From contig NC_068995.1 of the NCBI RefSeq assembly GCF_001194135.2, positions 29,440,243 to 29,476,265 on the forward strand: a stretch of 36,023 nucleotides of DNA, read 5' to 3'. A program made the translations under genes and the position numbers. Shown piece after piece: positions 11,600 to 22,850 of this stretch; within the stretch, counting starts at the first letter, position 1, and the number at the start of each line of letters is the position of its first letter. The stretch comes from Octopus bimaculoides. Taxonomy: Eukaryota. A model generated the notes under the pieces. It had not been told where the DNA came from, ran no database searches, and was given only the letters and a program-made list of their open reading frames with translations.

Positions 11600-12295
11600 T
11601 ATTATCTTTAAAGGCCACAAAGCTTAGGGTTAAAAATTTTATAGATCTGCCCTGATGAGAAAACAGCATACCTGCTATAAACTGGTTTATGAACATTAAC
11701 AATAAACAAAGTGTAAATTTACTCAGTGTGACATTTAGCAGTCATTAATAAAACCTATGTTACTAAAATCTTGTTTTTGCTAAGACGCATGTGTCTATCA
11801 GGGACTCGGACACTGGCATCATCCTGCATGTCAGGAAATCATTACTATTTTCTAACGGCTCTACCTGGCTCGAGAAAGACGGTGAAGCATTGTTCGATGT
11901 TCCTATGAGTACGTATAACAAGAGAATTATACATGCTTACAGGGGCATATATTCTAGATTGTTTACATACTGAATACTCATATTTAGATGGTGTACACAA
12001 GAGAGATGGCTTTATTGTCACTCACAACATGAATGAGTATGAGCTCGTTAGACTTACGAAGGTTCTTATTGCATTCTTTCAGTGCATGAGCTTAAAGGTT
12101 ACAGTTGATACAAAACTTAGTGGTGTTAGCTTCTTAGATATCGCTTTAGTTCTGCAAACCAACAGTTTTAGGTCTTACCGTAAGCCTAAAGAAAGTCTTT
12201 ACAAGGGTTCCAATCACCTGCCCTATATATTTAAGAAAATTATTAGAAACACTGGTGAGAGCATAACAGAATCATCTGTTCATGTGGTCTTCTGA
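11600..12295 (+). pseudogene. Penelope-like element reverse transcriptase remnant
   Basis: INWFMNINNKQ, IILHVRKSLLFSNGSTWLEKDGEALFDVPM, and KVTVDTKLSGVSFLDIAL..SYRKPKE..SNH match PLE RT motifs (FDVTMGS, FLD, YRKP, SNHP). Several frameshifts and stops. Confidence 0.9.
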
Positions 12296-12339
12296 AACCT
12301 TTCTGGAAACAACTGGAATTACATATGATTGTGTGAAAG

Positions 12340-12944
12340 AAATATTTACTCTAAAGAACAATGTTATCAAAGTAGTTGGTTAGGAGTTAGGCAACGGGTG
12401 TAGCTCCTGATCCACATCAAATGGTCAGCTATACAACAAAGAACCTATAATGCATGCTTGTAACCTGGAATGATATAAGTGCAATGGAACATTGCTAAGA
12501 AATTCATGTCCCATGTTATTGAAGCTACAATACTTTTCGGTTGTAACAAAGATGTGTTCATTCCAAGAGTCCGTATCAACTTTTCTGGTGTCATATCAGC
12601 CCAAGAGACTCGAGATTCTCGTGTCCCTAATCTTTGCTAGGCCAGAAGTAGTTGGACTGTAGTTGGAAGAATCCTGCTTCTCTCACAAATAGCTTTATAT
12701 TGGATGTTCATGTGGTGGGAGCAAGGGAAATAATAAATACATCGATGCTCAAATAAGAAAAATTAGAACATTCTTTGTCAGTAAACCCTTCACTGTGAGT
12801 TGTTTGTCTGTAAAACTATTTTGATACAAGGTGTATCTCTGTTACAAAAACTATAAATGTAAAGTTTTACAAAATACTATACAGAAATATACAGAGATAT
12901 CACAATAGTTGTTTGTTTCCCAAGTAACGCCTGGTAGACTACTA
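12340..12944 (+). mobile_element. Helitron 3' remnant (PIF1-like helicase C-terminus plus decayed 3' hairpin end)
   Basis: EPIMHACNL*..KCNGT, KKFMSHVIEATILFGCNKDVFIPRV and VVGL*LEESCFSHK*LYIGCS match the Helitron helicase tail. CCCAAGTAACGCCTGGTAGACTACTA (12919-12944) resembles a decayed hairpin plus CTAG end. Confidence 0.85.
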
Positions 12945-13000
12945 ACACACACACACACACACACACACACAGGTATAGATAGATAGATAGATAGATAGAT

Positions 13001-14256
13001 ACATTTCTTTTATTAGCCACACAGGGCTCAACGAAGATGGGACAAATACAATGTAGAGCTTTTCTTTTGGGGAGGGGGAAGGAAGGAAAAAAAAAAGTGG
13101 TGGTGTCGATCAAAAGGGATCGTAGGAAGGGAAAAAGGNNNNNNNNNNNNNNNNNNNNNNNNNNNNNNNNNNNNNNNNNNNNNNNNNNNNNNNNNNNNNN
13201 NNNNNNNNNNNNNNNNNNNNNNNNNNNNNNNNNNNNNNNNNNNNNNNNNNNNNNNNNNNNNNNNNNNNNNNNNNNNNNNNNNNNNNNNNNNNNNNNNNNN
13301 NNNNNNNNNNNNNNNNNNNNNNNNNNNNNNNNNNNNNNNNNNNNNNNNNNNNNNNNNNNNNNNNNNNNNNNNNNNNNNNNNNNNNNNNNNNNNNNNNNNN
13401 NNNNNNNNNNNNNNNNNNNNNNNNNNNNNNNNNNNNNNNNNNNNNNNNNNNNNNNNNNNNNNNNNNNNNNNNNNNNNNNNNNNNNNNNNNNNNNNNNNNN
13501 NNNNNNNNNNNNNNNNNNNNNNNNNNNNNNNNNNNNNNNNNNNNNNNNNNNNNNNNNNNNNNNNNNNNNNNNNNNNNNNNNNNNNNNNNNNNNNNNNNNN
13601 NNNNNNNNNNNNNNNNNNNNNNNNNNNNNNNNNNNNNNNNNNNNNNNNNNNNNNNNNNNNNNNNNNNNNNNNNNNNNNNNNNNNNNNNNNNNNNNNNNNN
13701 NNNNNNNNNNNNNNNNNNNNNNNNNNNNNNNNNNNNNNNNNNNNNNNNNNNNNNNNNNNNNNNNNNNNNNNNNNNNNNNNNNNNNNNNNNNNNNNNNNNN
13801 NNNNNNNNNNNNNNNNNNNNNNNNNNNNNNNNNNNNNNNNNNNNNNNNNNNNNNNNNNNNNNNNNNNNNNNNNNNNNNNNNNNNNNNNNNNNNNNNNNNN
13901 NNNNNNNNNNNNNNNNNNNNNNNNNNNNNNNNNNNNNNNNNNNNNNNNNNNNNNNNNNNNNNNNNNNNNNNNNNNNNNNNNNNNNNNNNNNNNNNNATCG
14001 TCGTCGTACCTTCCCTCCACTAATCCACTATAGAATGCGTTAGTTGTGATGCAGTCGCTCAAGGTTGACCCGGGTTGTTGGAGTTGCCGAAGAGCAGCGC
14101 GACACTCGCGGTGCCATTCGCCCTTCCTCGGCCTCTTCTTGATCCATGACTGCAGTTCGGTCATGGAGACGAGCTGCGGGAAAGCGCGCCGCACAAACGG
14201 TGACCACACCTGTTCACCGCTGTCTACGTAGAGCCGGAGATGTCGCAGTCTCAGCG
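13001..14256 (-). mobile_element. 5'-truncated L1/Tx1-clade LINE spanning the gap 13139-13996
   Basis: Minus ORF2 piece LRHLRLYVDSGEQVWSPFVRRAFPQLVSMTELQSWIKKRPRKGEWHREC. A 3' end with AATAAA (plus TTTATT 13008-13013) abuts (ATCT)n. Continuity across the gap is inferred from orientation and order. Confidence 0.75.
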
Positions 14257-14295
<39 letters not shown>

Positions 14296-14629
14296 TAGAT
14301 AAACATACATATATATATATGTCTATGTGTGTCTGTCTGTGTACTCTGGAAGCACTTAATAACTGTTGATAACCTCACATTAAAATGTTACACATTTTGA
14401 ATGTAAAATTATGGTGTAATTAGAAGACACGTTTAATTAATTGAGATGTGTTATTTTAATAATTTGGCTTAAGAGCATGTTGTGTTTCGTCGTCTTGTCG
14501 TCTACCCATACAATAAACATGTCTTCCATATTTTCCAAAAATCTACTCTTTGAACGAGTCAACTTCTTCGCTTACAACAAAAGGTTGTAGCACCTTTTTT
14601 GAGGTGAAGGAGAGGTCATTAATTATTAT

Positions 14630-14879
14630 TGTATAGCTTTGTTAAGCTATACGCAAAATAATGGAGACGAGAATACATTTATCAAATGTTTATTACTTTA
14701 CGTACATCGGGACTTCGCCAGTTATTTCTGTTCAGTTCATTCAGATTCGTTTAACACTCACTACTGACATTATTTTGTTGTTCTCTCACCGGAAGTTCCT
14801 TTCGCTGCTGACCAACTTCCTAGCTAGCCCGCAACGAAGTTCCTGTCTACAGTTCGTCTCTCATGAATCCTACCCTACA
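14630..14879 (-). repeat. 3' LTR of a Gypsy element
   Basis: Minus strand TGTAGGG...GCTATACA with an internal AATAAA, immediately preceded by the polypurine tract GAGGGCGGGGAG (14883-14894). Confidence 0.8.
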
Positions 14880-15810
14880 TAGCTCCCCGCCCTCAGAACT
14901 GTTGACTGTCATTGGAAACGGGAAGGCGTTTTAATTGTCCTGTCCATACGTGTGGTTACTCGATTCTTTGGTGACTGTTCCTTGTCAAGGGTTGGTGTGA
15001 TCTGCCGGGGGCGGCCCCTGTTTGGTGGTTGGGCTACCTAAACGAGGCTGTCAATATCGAGATGGACCAGTTTCAATCTATCGATGGAGACTGTATCTTG
15101 ACGTCCGCCAATTAAGAGTTGGAATGTTTTATCCCCTGGATGTATGACTTGATATGGACCATCGTAGGGTGACTGGAAGGGTTTTCGTTGAATGAACACA
15201 AAGTTAGCCGTGTGGAGGTCATTTGGTATGGATGATCTGGGTGTACCGTGTGTCGACACGGGAACAAGGTGCAACTGGCCCACACTGTCTCTCAGTCGAG
15301 CGAGATACCTTTTGACATCAAGGTCTGACTTTGTATTCGGAAGGAACTCTCCTGGCACTGTAAGAGGGGCACCGTACACCATTTCCGCGGAGGAAGTGTT
15401 GAGATTTTCATTTGGGGTGGTGCGGATTCTCAGCATCACCCATGGGAGTTGGTCAATCCAATTTGGCCCATTAAGTCTGGTTGTCAGGGATTCCTTCAGG
15501 CGGCGGTGAAATCTCTCCACTAATCTGTTGGCCTGTGGTAGGCTGTTGTGCGATTCATTGTGATTCCAATAGTTCACACATGTCATTCCACAGCTTTGAG
15601 GTGAATTGTGGACCCCTGATCGGATGAGATGCTGTCTGGGACACCGAAACGGGCGACCCAGTTTGCGATGAAGGCTCGGCTGACTTCTTGTGTTTCCGTG
15701 CTGCAGAGAGGAATAGCCTCAGGCCAACGGGTATAGCGGTCTACCAAAGTCAGTAGATACGAGCAACCCTGTGAAGGTGGTAGAAAGCCGACAATGTAAT
15801 ACGGTTTGGC
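14880..15810 (-). mobile_element. Ty3/Gypsy integrase remnant with PPT
   Basis: IVGFLPPSQGCSYLLTLVDRYTRWPEAIPL..FGVPDSISSDQG, then after a frameshift PQANRLVERFHRRLKESL..WIDQLPWVML..PYDGPYQV..VSIDRLK. This is a DDE integrase with a GPY/F module, truncated upstream. Confidence 0.95.
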
Positions 15811-16360
15811 TGTTATTTTTACTAGATCGAGTACCAAATGCAGACCGCCTTCTTGGCTCATATAAATACCACAGGGGTTTAATAACTGGTGGTGGTAGTA
15901 AAAATATTGGTTAGTGGTGACTAGACAGCGAAAAACGTAGTTTCTTTTAATGATTTTTAAAACTTTCTTTATTACCCATCACTTAACGAATGTGATTTAG
16001 TGCAATCGAAACTTATATTCGTTTATAAGGTATATACAACCATAACAAGAGAAAGAATGAGAAAGGTAAACGTAAACAGGAGCAGGGTGTTGAATTACTA
16101 ACACGAGCATGGGCGCGGTAATTTAGAAGTTGAGAAAATATGAATGAAAGAGAATGCAATGAATATTTATAATAGATGAGAGAAAGAGTTCGAGATAGAC
16201 TAGAAAAGAAAAATGAACGAGAATGTATAGAAAAGTGGAAACACAAAAGTTGAACATTACAACATTGATGGCATGAATATTGTCTGTAATCACTGTGAAG
16301 CTCAAGACATAAGAAGACAGCTTTCAGAGATAATAGTTTCTTGATACTTCAATACTGCCT

Positions 16361-16362
16361 AC

Positions 16363-16406
<44 letters not shown>
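16361..16406. repeat. (AGT)n microsatellite
   Basis: Direct reading. Confidence 0.9.
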
Positions 16407-16407
<1 letters not shown>

Positions 16408-17187
16408 TGATGTTATTGTTGTTGCTGTTGTCGTTATTCCGCTTATCGCATAGTATTTGCTGCTAGTGACGTAATACAGGTGCCAGCTGTCCGCAATCAG
16501 CGGTTTGTTGTGGTACCTTCAATTGTCATGCACTTTTTAAGTATTCTAGCAATCCCAAGAAGTACTGATTTCAGTAAGTTTCCCATCCTGAATTTGTATT
16601 CAATTTCTTTTTTAAATAGTTTTCACTCCTGGTGCTCACAATACCAATCGCCCCAGCTGCAATTGAAACCACTCCGACCTTGTTTTCATTGCTCACAAAT
16701 ATTTTTGTCTCCCATGCTAGTAATTTATATATTTCAATCTTCTTCAATTCTTTGTCACAAACTGTATTGTCTGCTGGACAAGCCAAATCTAGACTCAAAC
16801 AATGGTTGTTGTTGACTAAAACGATGTTCAATTTCATGGTCGCATTGTACAATAAAGTTTCGTAAAATCATGGCTTGGTCATTTTTACAACGCCCTCTGG
16901 TTTGTGCTCACACTGACTTTCAAAACCGTATTTTCCACGTAACATTCTGTAAACGACCTTCACAGTGTTATTACGGCGTCGCTTGTATTCTTTCTGCGTC
17001 AACTCGATGCAGCGGCTGATGATATTCCACAGAGTTTCTCCCTTTTCTCTGCACATACTACACTTTCTTCTGTTGCACCGGAGTTGTCGATTTTGTGCGT
17101 AACATAATTTGTCCTCGGTGCTTGCTCCTGTGTCGCACGAATTAAAGCTTCTATCCTCCAGATCATTGTCAAAGGCACCATGCACAG
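16407..17187 (-). mobile_element. Old 5'-truncated R4/Dong-like non-LTR element (restriction-like endonuclease end)
   Basis: EALIRATQEQAPRTNY, CSMCREKGETLWNIISRCIELTQKEYKRRRNN, and LSLDLACPADNTVCDKELKKIEIYKLLAWE. Frameshifted. Confidence 0.85.
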
Positions 17188-17202
17188 ATTATTATTATCA
17201 TT

Positions 17203-17234
<32 letters not shown>

Positions 17235-17251
17235 TATTATTATTATTATTA

Positions 17252-17460
17252 AGGCGGTGAGGGGGCAGAATCGTTAGCACGCTGGACGAAATGCCTTGCG
17301 GTATTTCGCCCGCCGCTACGTTCTGAGTTCAAATTCCACCGAGGTCGACTTTGCCGTTCATCCTTTCTGGGTCGATAAATTAAGTCAAATACTAGGATCG
17401 ATGTAATCGGCTAGTCCCCTCCCCACAAATTTGAGGCCTTGTGCCTCCAGTAGAAAGGAT
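17252..17460 (+). mobile_element. tRNA-derived SINE (family S2)
   Basis: AGGCGGTGAG..GCAGAATCGTTAGC..GAGTTCAAATTCC (box B-like)..GTCGACTTTGCC.TTCATCCTTTC..GAAAGGAT, followed by a simple-repeat/(ATT)n tail. Confidence 0.85.
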
Positions 17461-17486
17461 CATCCTCATCTACCTCCTCCTCCTCC

Positions 17487-17547
<61 letters not shown>
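17487..17547. repeat. (ATT)n tract, ~20 units
   Basis: Direct reading. Confidence 0.95.
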
Positions 17548-17548
<1 letters not shown>

Positions 17549-18433
17549 TATTGTCATTGCGCAGCTTCTCACAATGGAGATGTACTACGGTGNNNNNNNN
17601 NNNNNNNNNNNNNNNNNNNNNNNNNNNNNNNNNNNNNNNNNNNNNNNNNNNNNNNNNNNNNNNNNNNNNNNNNNNNNNNNNNNNNNNNNNNNNNNNNNNN
17701 NNNNNNNNNNNNNNNNNNNNNNNNNNNNNNNNNNNNNNNNNNNNNNNNNNNNNNNNNNNNNNNNNNNNNNNNNNNNNNNNNNNNNNNNNNNNNNNNNNNN
17801 NNNNNNNNNNGGAGTATTCGAGCGGTTCCAAACAGTGCTGTTTTCTGCAAGTACTCCACCCTTATTGCAGCCCCTATTTGTTCCATGTACTTCTTGAGAT
17901 TTTTACTCATTGTTCCCAGAGCTCCGACAATTATTGGTGCTACTACCACCTTTTTCATCGACCACAACTGCTTAACCTCCCAAGCTAACTTGTCATATCT
18001 TTCGACTTTTCTTTCTTCCTTATCGCATACCTTGTCAGCTGGGCATGCTATATCTATGATCCGGCATTGTTTGCTTTCTTTCTCAATTAACACTATGTCT
18101 GGTTTCCTATTCTCTATCTCATGGTCGCACTGAATCAAAAAATCCCATAGGATCTTTGCATTATCATTTTCGATGATGTCTTCGGATTTATGTTCGTACC
18201 ACTTACTTGCTCTGTCAAGTCCGTAAGTGTTGCAAAGTGTCCAATGGACAATCCTTGCTATATTGTCATTACGTCTCTCATATTCTTTCTGGGCTAGTGA
18301 TGTACATTGGCTGGTAATATACCATACGGTTTCAGCATTTTGTCCATAGATTCTACATTTATCACCTTTTGAAGTGTTGTCTATTCTGTATTTGATGTAA
18401 TTCGTTCTTAATGCTTGCTCTTGGGCAGCACAG
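17548..18433 (-). mobile_element. 5'-truncated R4/Dong-like element, younger copy, gap 17593-17810 inside
   Basis: CAAQEQALRTNY..decayed CCHC..ILWDFLIQCDHEIENRKPDIVLIEKESKQCRIIDIACPADK..VGALG..LQKTALFGTARIL, i.e. a PD-(D/E) restriction-like endonuclease. (TAA)n on both sides. Confidence 0.9.

Positions 18434-18496
<63 letters not shown>
18434..18496. repeat. (ATT)n tract, ~21 units
   Basis: Direct reading. Confidence 0.95.
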
Positions 18497-18497
<1 letters not shown>

Positions 18498-18498
<1 letters not shown>

Positions 18499-18612
18499 GG
18501 CGGTGAGCTGGCAGAATCGCTAGCACGCCGGGAAAAACGCTTAGCGGCATTTCGTGCGTCTTTACGTTCTGAGTTCAAATTCTGCCGGGGTTGACTTTGC
18601 TTTCATACTTTC
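18498..18612 (+). mobile_element. SINE S2, 5' half (interrupted)
   Basis: AGGCGGTGAGCTGGCAGAATCGC..GAGTTCAAATTC..GTTGACTTTGCTTTCATACTTTC, then homology to 17252-17460 stops abruptly. Confidence 0.85.
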
Positions 18613-18623
18613 AGATGAGTAGT

Positions 18624-18804
18624 GGGAGTCACTACGGAAGCTGGAGATTTTGAAAGGCATCCCGCGAGAACTAACATACGGAAGATCCGTGTTTGTATAC
18701 ACAAACAATGTCACTGAATAGTGTCGGACACCAAACACATGAAGGTGATTGGCACTAATCTAAGAGGTGACGAGTAAAAAATTAAGCTAGAAAAATCACT
18801 GGGT
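18624..18804 (+). mobile_element. L1/Tx1 RT fragment (within duplicated block A)
   Basis: LRKLEILKGIPRELTYGRSVFVYTNNVT..SDTKHMKVIG, with decayed YADD (YTNN). Frameshifted. Confidence 0.75.
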
Positions 18805-19177
18805 TTCATAAGGAATGGTTGAGAATTATATACAACATGCATTTAGTTTCAAGAGCGGAGGTTTGCGGGGATGGTCATAATAAATATTTATCTGTAAGAG
18901 GAGGTGGGAGAAGAAGCAGAGCATGGATATAAGTAAACAAAGGCATGAAGTGCAATATAATTCTGTGAACTGCACATATACACAAAACATATGCAGAAAC
19001 ATGCACAAATACAACGCAATGCATATATGTGTCATACAAACAGCTCAGTGGGTGAGCGGTCGCTCTCCTTTCCCTTTTGTTAGCTTCTGATGTCATCCTT
19101 CATACACATCATCACGTGCCCATATCAGCGCAGGCTTCTCTCTTGCACGATACTTGACTCCTTTTTATATCCGTTTT

Positions 19178-19256
19178 AAGTACTAGTGAGACACTGGGTC
19201 AATGTAATTGATTAGTCTCCACCACCCAAATTCCCAGGCCTTTTAATAGAAAGGAT
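19178..19256 (+). mobile_element. SINE S2, 3' half (interrupted), followed by an (ATT)/(ATC) tail
   Basis: AAGTACTAGTGAGACACTGGGTCAATGTAATTGATTAGTC..AAATT..GGCCTT..GAAAGGATTATT aligns with the 3' half of 17252-17460. Confidence 0.7.
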
Positions 19257-19705
19257 TATTATTATTATTATCATCATCATCATCATCATCGTCATCATTG
19301 TCATCATCACCACCACCATCACTTGTGTTAGACGTACGTCGTATCGGCTTCTGGTTTATCAAATTTTGTTGAAAAGAATTTGTTTAAGTTTGAAAAANNN
19401 NNNNNNNNNNNNNNNNNNNNNNNNNNNNNNNNNNNNNNNNNNNNNNNNNNNNNNNNNNNNNNNNNNNNNNNNNNNNNNNNNNNNNNNNNNNNNNNNNNNN
19501 NNNNNNNNNNNNNNNNNNNNNNNNNNNNNNNNNNNNNNNNNNNNNNNNNNNNNNNNNNNNNNNNNNNNNNNNNNNNNNNNNNNNNNNNNNNNNNNNNNNN
19601 NNNNNNNNNNNNNNNNNNNNNNNNNNNNNNNNNNNNNNNNNNNNNNNNNNNNNNNNNNNNNNNNNNNNNNNNNNNNNNNNNNNNNNNNNNNNNNNNNNNN
19701 NNNNN

Positions 19706-20062
19706 CGGACACCAAACACATGAAGGTGATTGGCACTAATCTAAGAGAATACGAGGCGGTGACGAGTAAAAAATTAAGCTAGAAAAATCACTGGGTCTGC
19801 AGCTCGGCGCCTGGAAAAGCAGGTCTACTGCCATTCAACAGAGTCATCGAACGCTGGACGGACGGACCGGTTAAATTCTTCGAGTTTGGTTTGGTTTGGC
19901 TTGGTTCTTGTCCACCTCCAGATGGACAAGAACTGGGAAGAGGTGATGAGCGGGGCGGCTAGTCTTACCCAGAAGTAGGCCGAAAGGAAACTATCCCAGA
20001 AGGGTCGGGCGGAGGGGACAAATACCAACATCATAACCTTCGTCTATTACGCCTGACTGTCG
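19706..20062 (+). mobile_element. L1/Tx1 RT fragment
   Basis: DTKHMKVIGTNLREYEAVT / KIKLEKSLGLQLGAW / ERWTDGPVK / QMDKNWEEVMSGAASLTQK*AERKLSQKGRAE. Confidence 0.85.
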
Positions 20063-20424
20063 AGTTTTTTTTTTACCCTGGTTCATAACATTGTGCTTAA
20101 GTTAGGAACTATTACTAGAGTAGGAGAGTTACTAGAAGAGTTTTGTGAGAAAAATTGATCTAAGGAATGAAATAATCTAACGTTTTGCCTATTTGTTCTT
20201 CGACTAAGAGAGAGAGAGACAGTAAACAAACCACAGATAGACACAGAATATATAAATAACAAGATGGCGAATGAAGGATGAGATAAGTAAGTGATGGGAG
20301 GCAGAAGGGGTAGCTGATGCGATGTAGTATGCGAGATGAACAAAGGCGGAATTAATCAAAAATGTGGGAGGGATAAGAAAGAAGCCAAAGTTGTAGCATG
20401 ATCTATGTTAATGAAATGACCAAG

Positions 20425-20612
20425 TCTAGGGATGGCGAGCTGGCAATATCGTTAGTATGTAGGATATGTTTAGCGGCAATTTATTGACTTTTTACGTACT
20501 GAGGTCAACTTTGCCTTTCATTCTAACGGTGTACCAATCAAATACTGTGATCGATGTATTGACTTAACACTTTCCATAATTTTGATAGCCTTGTGCCAAA
20601 ATTTGAAACCCA
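20425..20612 (+). mobile_element. SINE S2, degraded
   Basis: GGCGAGCTGGCAATATCGTTAG..GAGGTCAACTTTGCCTTTCATT..GATCGATGTATTGACTT..GCCTTGTGCCAAAATTTGAAA. Confidence 0.7.
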
Positions 20613-20999
20613 TATTCAGAAAAGTAAGCAAAAGGGATATACGGACAAATGAACACAAGCACAATGACACAGTCACAAGTAAGAGTGGGATGGGAGGAGG
20701 AGGAGGAGGAGAGTGGCAGAAGGAGCTTGCAGAAAATCGGATTTCATAAGGAATGGTTGAGAATTATATACAATATGCATTTAGTTTCAAGAGCGGAGGT
20801 TTGCGGGGATGGTCATAATAAATATTTATCTGTAAGAGGAGGTGGGAGAAGAAGCAGAGCATGGATATAAGTAAACAAAGGCATGAAGTGCAATATAATT
20901 CTGTGAACTGCACATATACACAAAACATATGCAGAAACATGCACAAATACAACGCAATGCATATATGTGTCATACAAACAGCTCAGTGGGTGAGCGGTC

Positions 21000-21880
21000 G
21001 CTCTCCTTTCCCTTTTGTTAGCTTCTGATGTCATCCTTCATACACATCATCACGTGCCCATATCAGCGCAGGCTTCTCTCTTGCACGATACTTGACTCCT
21101 TTTTATATCCGTTTTTCTTTTCGCTTATTAATACTCCATTGTTCGAATACACTAACTTCATACATCCAGCGAAACATACTTTGTTTCTTTTTAGCTTTCG
21201 TAAATCCTTTGTGTTCAAAGCCCACATCTACCATACAATATCATACTTCGTATAAATGCATTATACAATCTGCTTTTAACTCTAAAGGAGAAGCGCTTTG
21301 TTGTCACCAGAAGTAATACTTCCCAAACCTTTTTCCAATTCATTCTTACTCTGGCTATCATTCTTTCAGAACATCCACTCCGCCACTACTAGTTGGGTCT
21401 CCTAAGTAGCAGAAACTATCAACTTTAAGGAGCCTCGGGGCATTTGATAGAATCTGTTTCTTGTGTGCTCTTAGTGCTTATTGCACCTGTTACATTTGAA
21501 GTCTGCCTTCTCCAATAATCTTCCTGTGATACTATACTATCCTTAGTTTACACCTGGTACATCATATGAAATTCCTTTTCCGCATGCTCATTTCGAAAAT
21601 GATACTATGGTCCTTCTTACCTACTTACTTTAATCTTCGCTAAGTTAACTTTGAGGACGCTTCCACATCTGAATTTTCATTTCTAATTCCTCTACTGATT
21701 TAGCTATAAGCACATAGTCAACATATAGGAGCACATGGCTGCTCCGTCTTAGACTTCTCTGTTTTGAGCTGTTATAATGAACAGAAGTGGGCTGCGAACA
21801 GACCCCTGATGAACTTCTACTTGAACGCTAAATTCATTGGTGAATGCATTGCAAATTTTAGTTTCCTCGGCGAACACTAA
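21000..21880 (-). mobile_element. RTE-clade LINE RT remnant
   Basis: NEFSVQVEVHQGSVRSPLLFII, KVNLAKIKV, VDSFCYLGD, FRVKSRLYNAFIRS and IVQERSLR*YGHV. Many stops and frameshifts. Confidence 0.9.
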
Positions 21881-22364
21881 ATCACCGTGTGGGAAACTCT
21901 GGTAAAAGTCTTCTGTAGGATAACAGACACCAAGTATAGTGGTTTGCTCCGGACTAAGAACTTCTGTAGTTGTCTCACTAGAAAACAATACGATTAGTTG
22001 TACATCTAGGTACAAAGCCAAACATTTCAACCAATTTTATTCTCATCCTAATTAAGTTACAACTCTTTCTGTAATAACCATGTCCAGATTCTACAGTTTT
22101 ATATATCTTTAGTTACTTCTCTAATGTACTTCCTTTGTCTTTATTGCAGTTACCTGATTAACTAAGCAGCTGACTAGCACAAACCCTACACTACCCAATA
22201 TTTTAAGCATCTGAAGCTCCAGGAGCTTTCCTAGAATTCATATCCTTTATCGACTTATCAACCATACATCTATCAACTCGAATGGATGGTTCCTTATCAG
22301 GATCTATTTAGGGGTGGTTCCTTTTTGTCCTATACATTATCTTTTTTCAGTAATCTTTATGAAA

Positions 22365-22775
22365 GGAGGTGCATCATAAGCTCTCCCCCGAGGATGTAGC
22401 TGTGCGTTCAACAATTTGCTAATCAGGAATGAACAAACACCTATTCTTAATCGAACTGTAACAGGCGATGAGAAGTGGATAGTCTATGCCAACGATAAAC
22501 GTAAGAAATCGTGGCTATCGTCAAATGAAAATCTAGTTCCAACGTCCATGCCAGATCTACAACCAAAACAAGATTTTGCAGTGCGTTTGGCGGAATACAG
22601 TAGGTATTGTTTACTTCTAGTTATTGGAACAATGGGAAAGCATTACTGCAGAACTTAATTGTCAACAACTTGAATGCATCATCAAGGGAGTCATCCAGCA
22701 ATATAAGTCCATTTACACAGAAGATAACGCAAGGAAAGGTTAACTCATTTGACTACGGAGTTCTACTTCCATTCG
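22365..22775 (+). mobile_element. Mariner transposase remnant
   Basis: VHHKLS (WVPHEL-like), LLIRNEQTPILNRTVTGDEKWIVYAN.KRKKSW, then frameshifted CVWRNTVGIVYF*LL..ITAELNCQQL. The first catalytic D (TGDEKW) is retained. Confidence 0.9.
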
Positions 22776-22819
22776 AGTTGATAAGCCGATAACGGATATG
22801 AAATCAAAGAAAGCTCCTG

Positions 22820-22850
<31 letters not shown>

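Noticed and set aside
19797-20062. GC-rich island with an 11-bp hairpin and TGATGA...GAAA, first suspected to be a ribozyme or ncRNA
   Set aside because: Fully explained as Tx1 RT coding sequence. The core C3 and stem I are missing.
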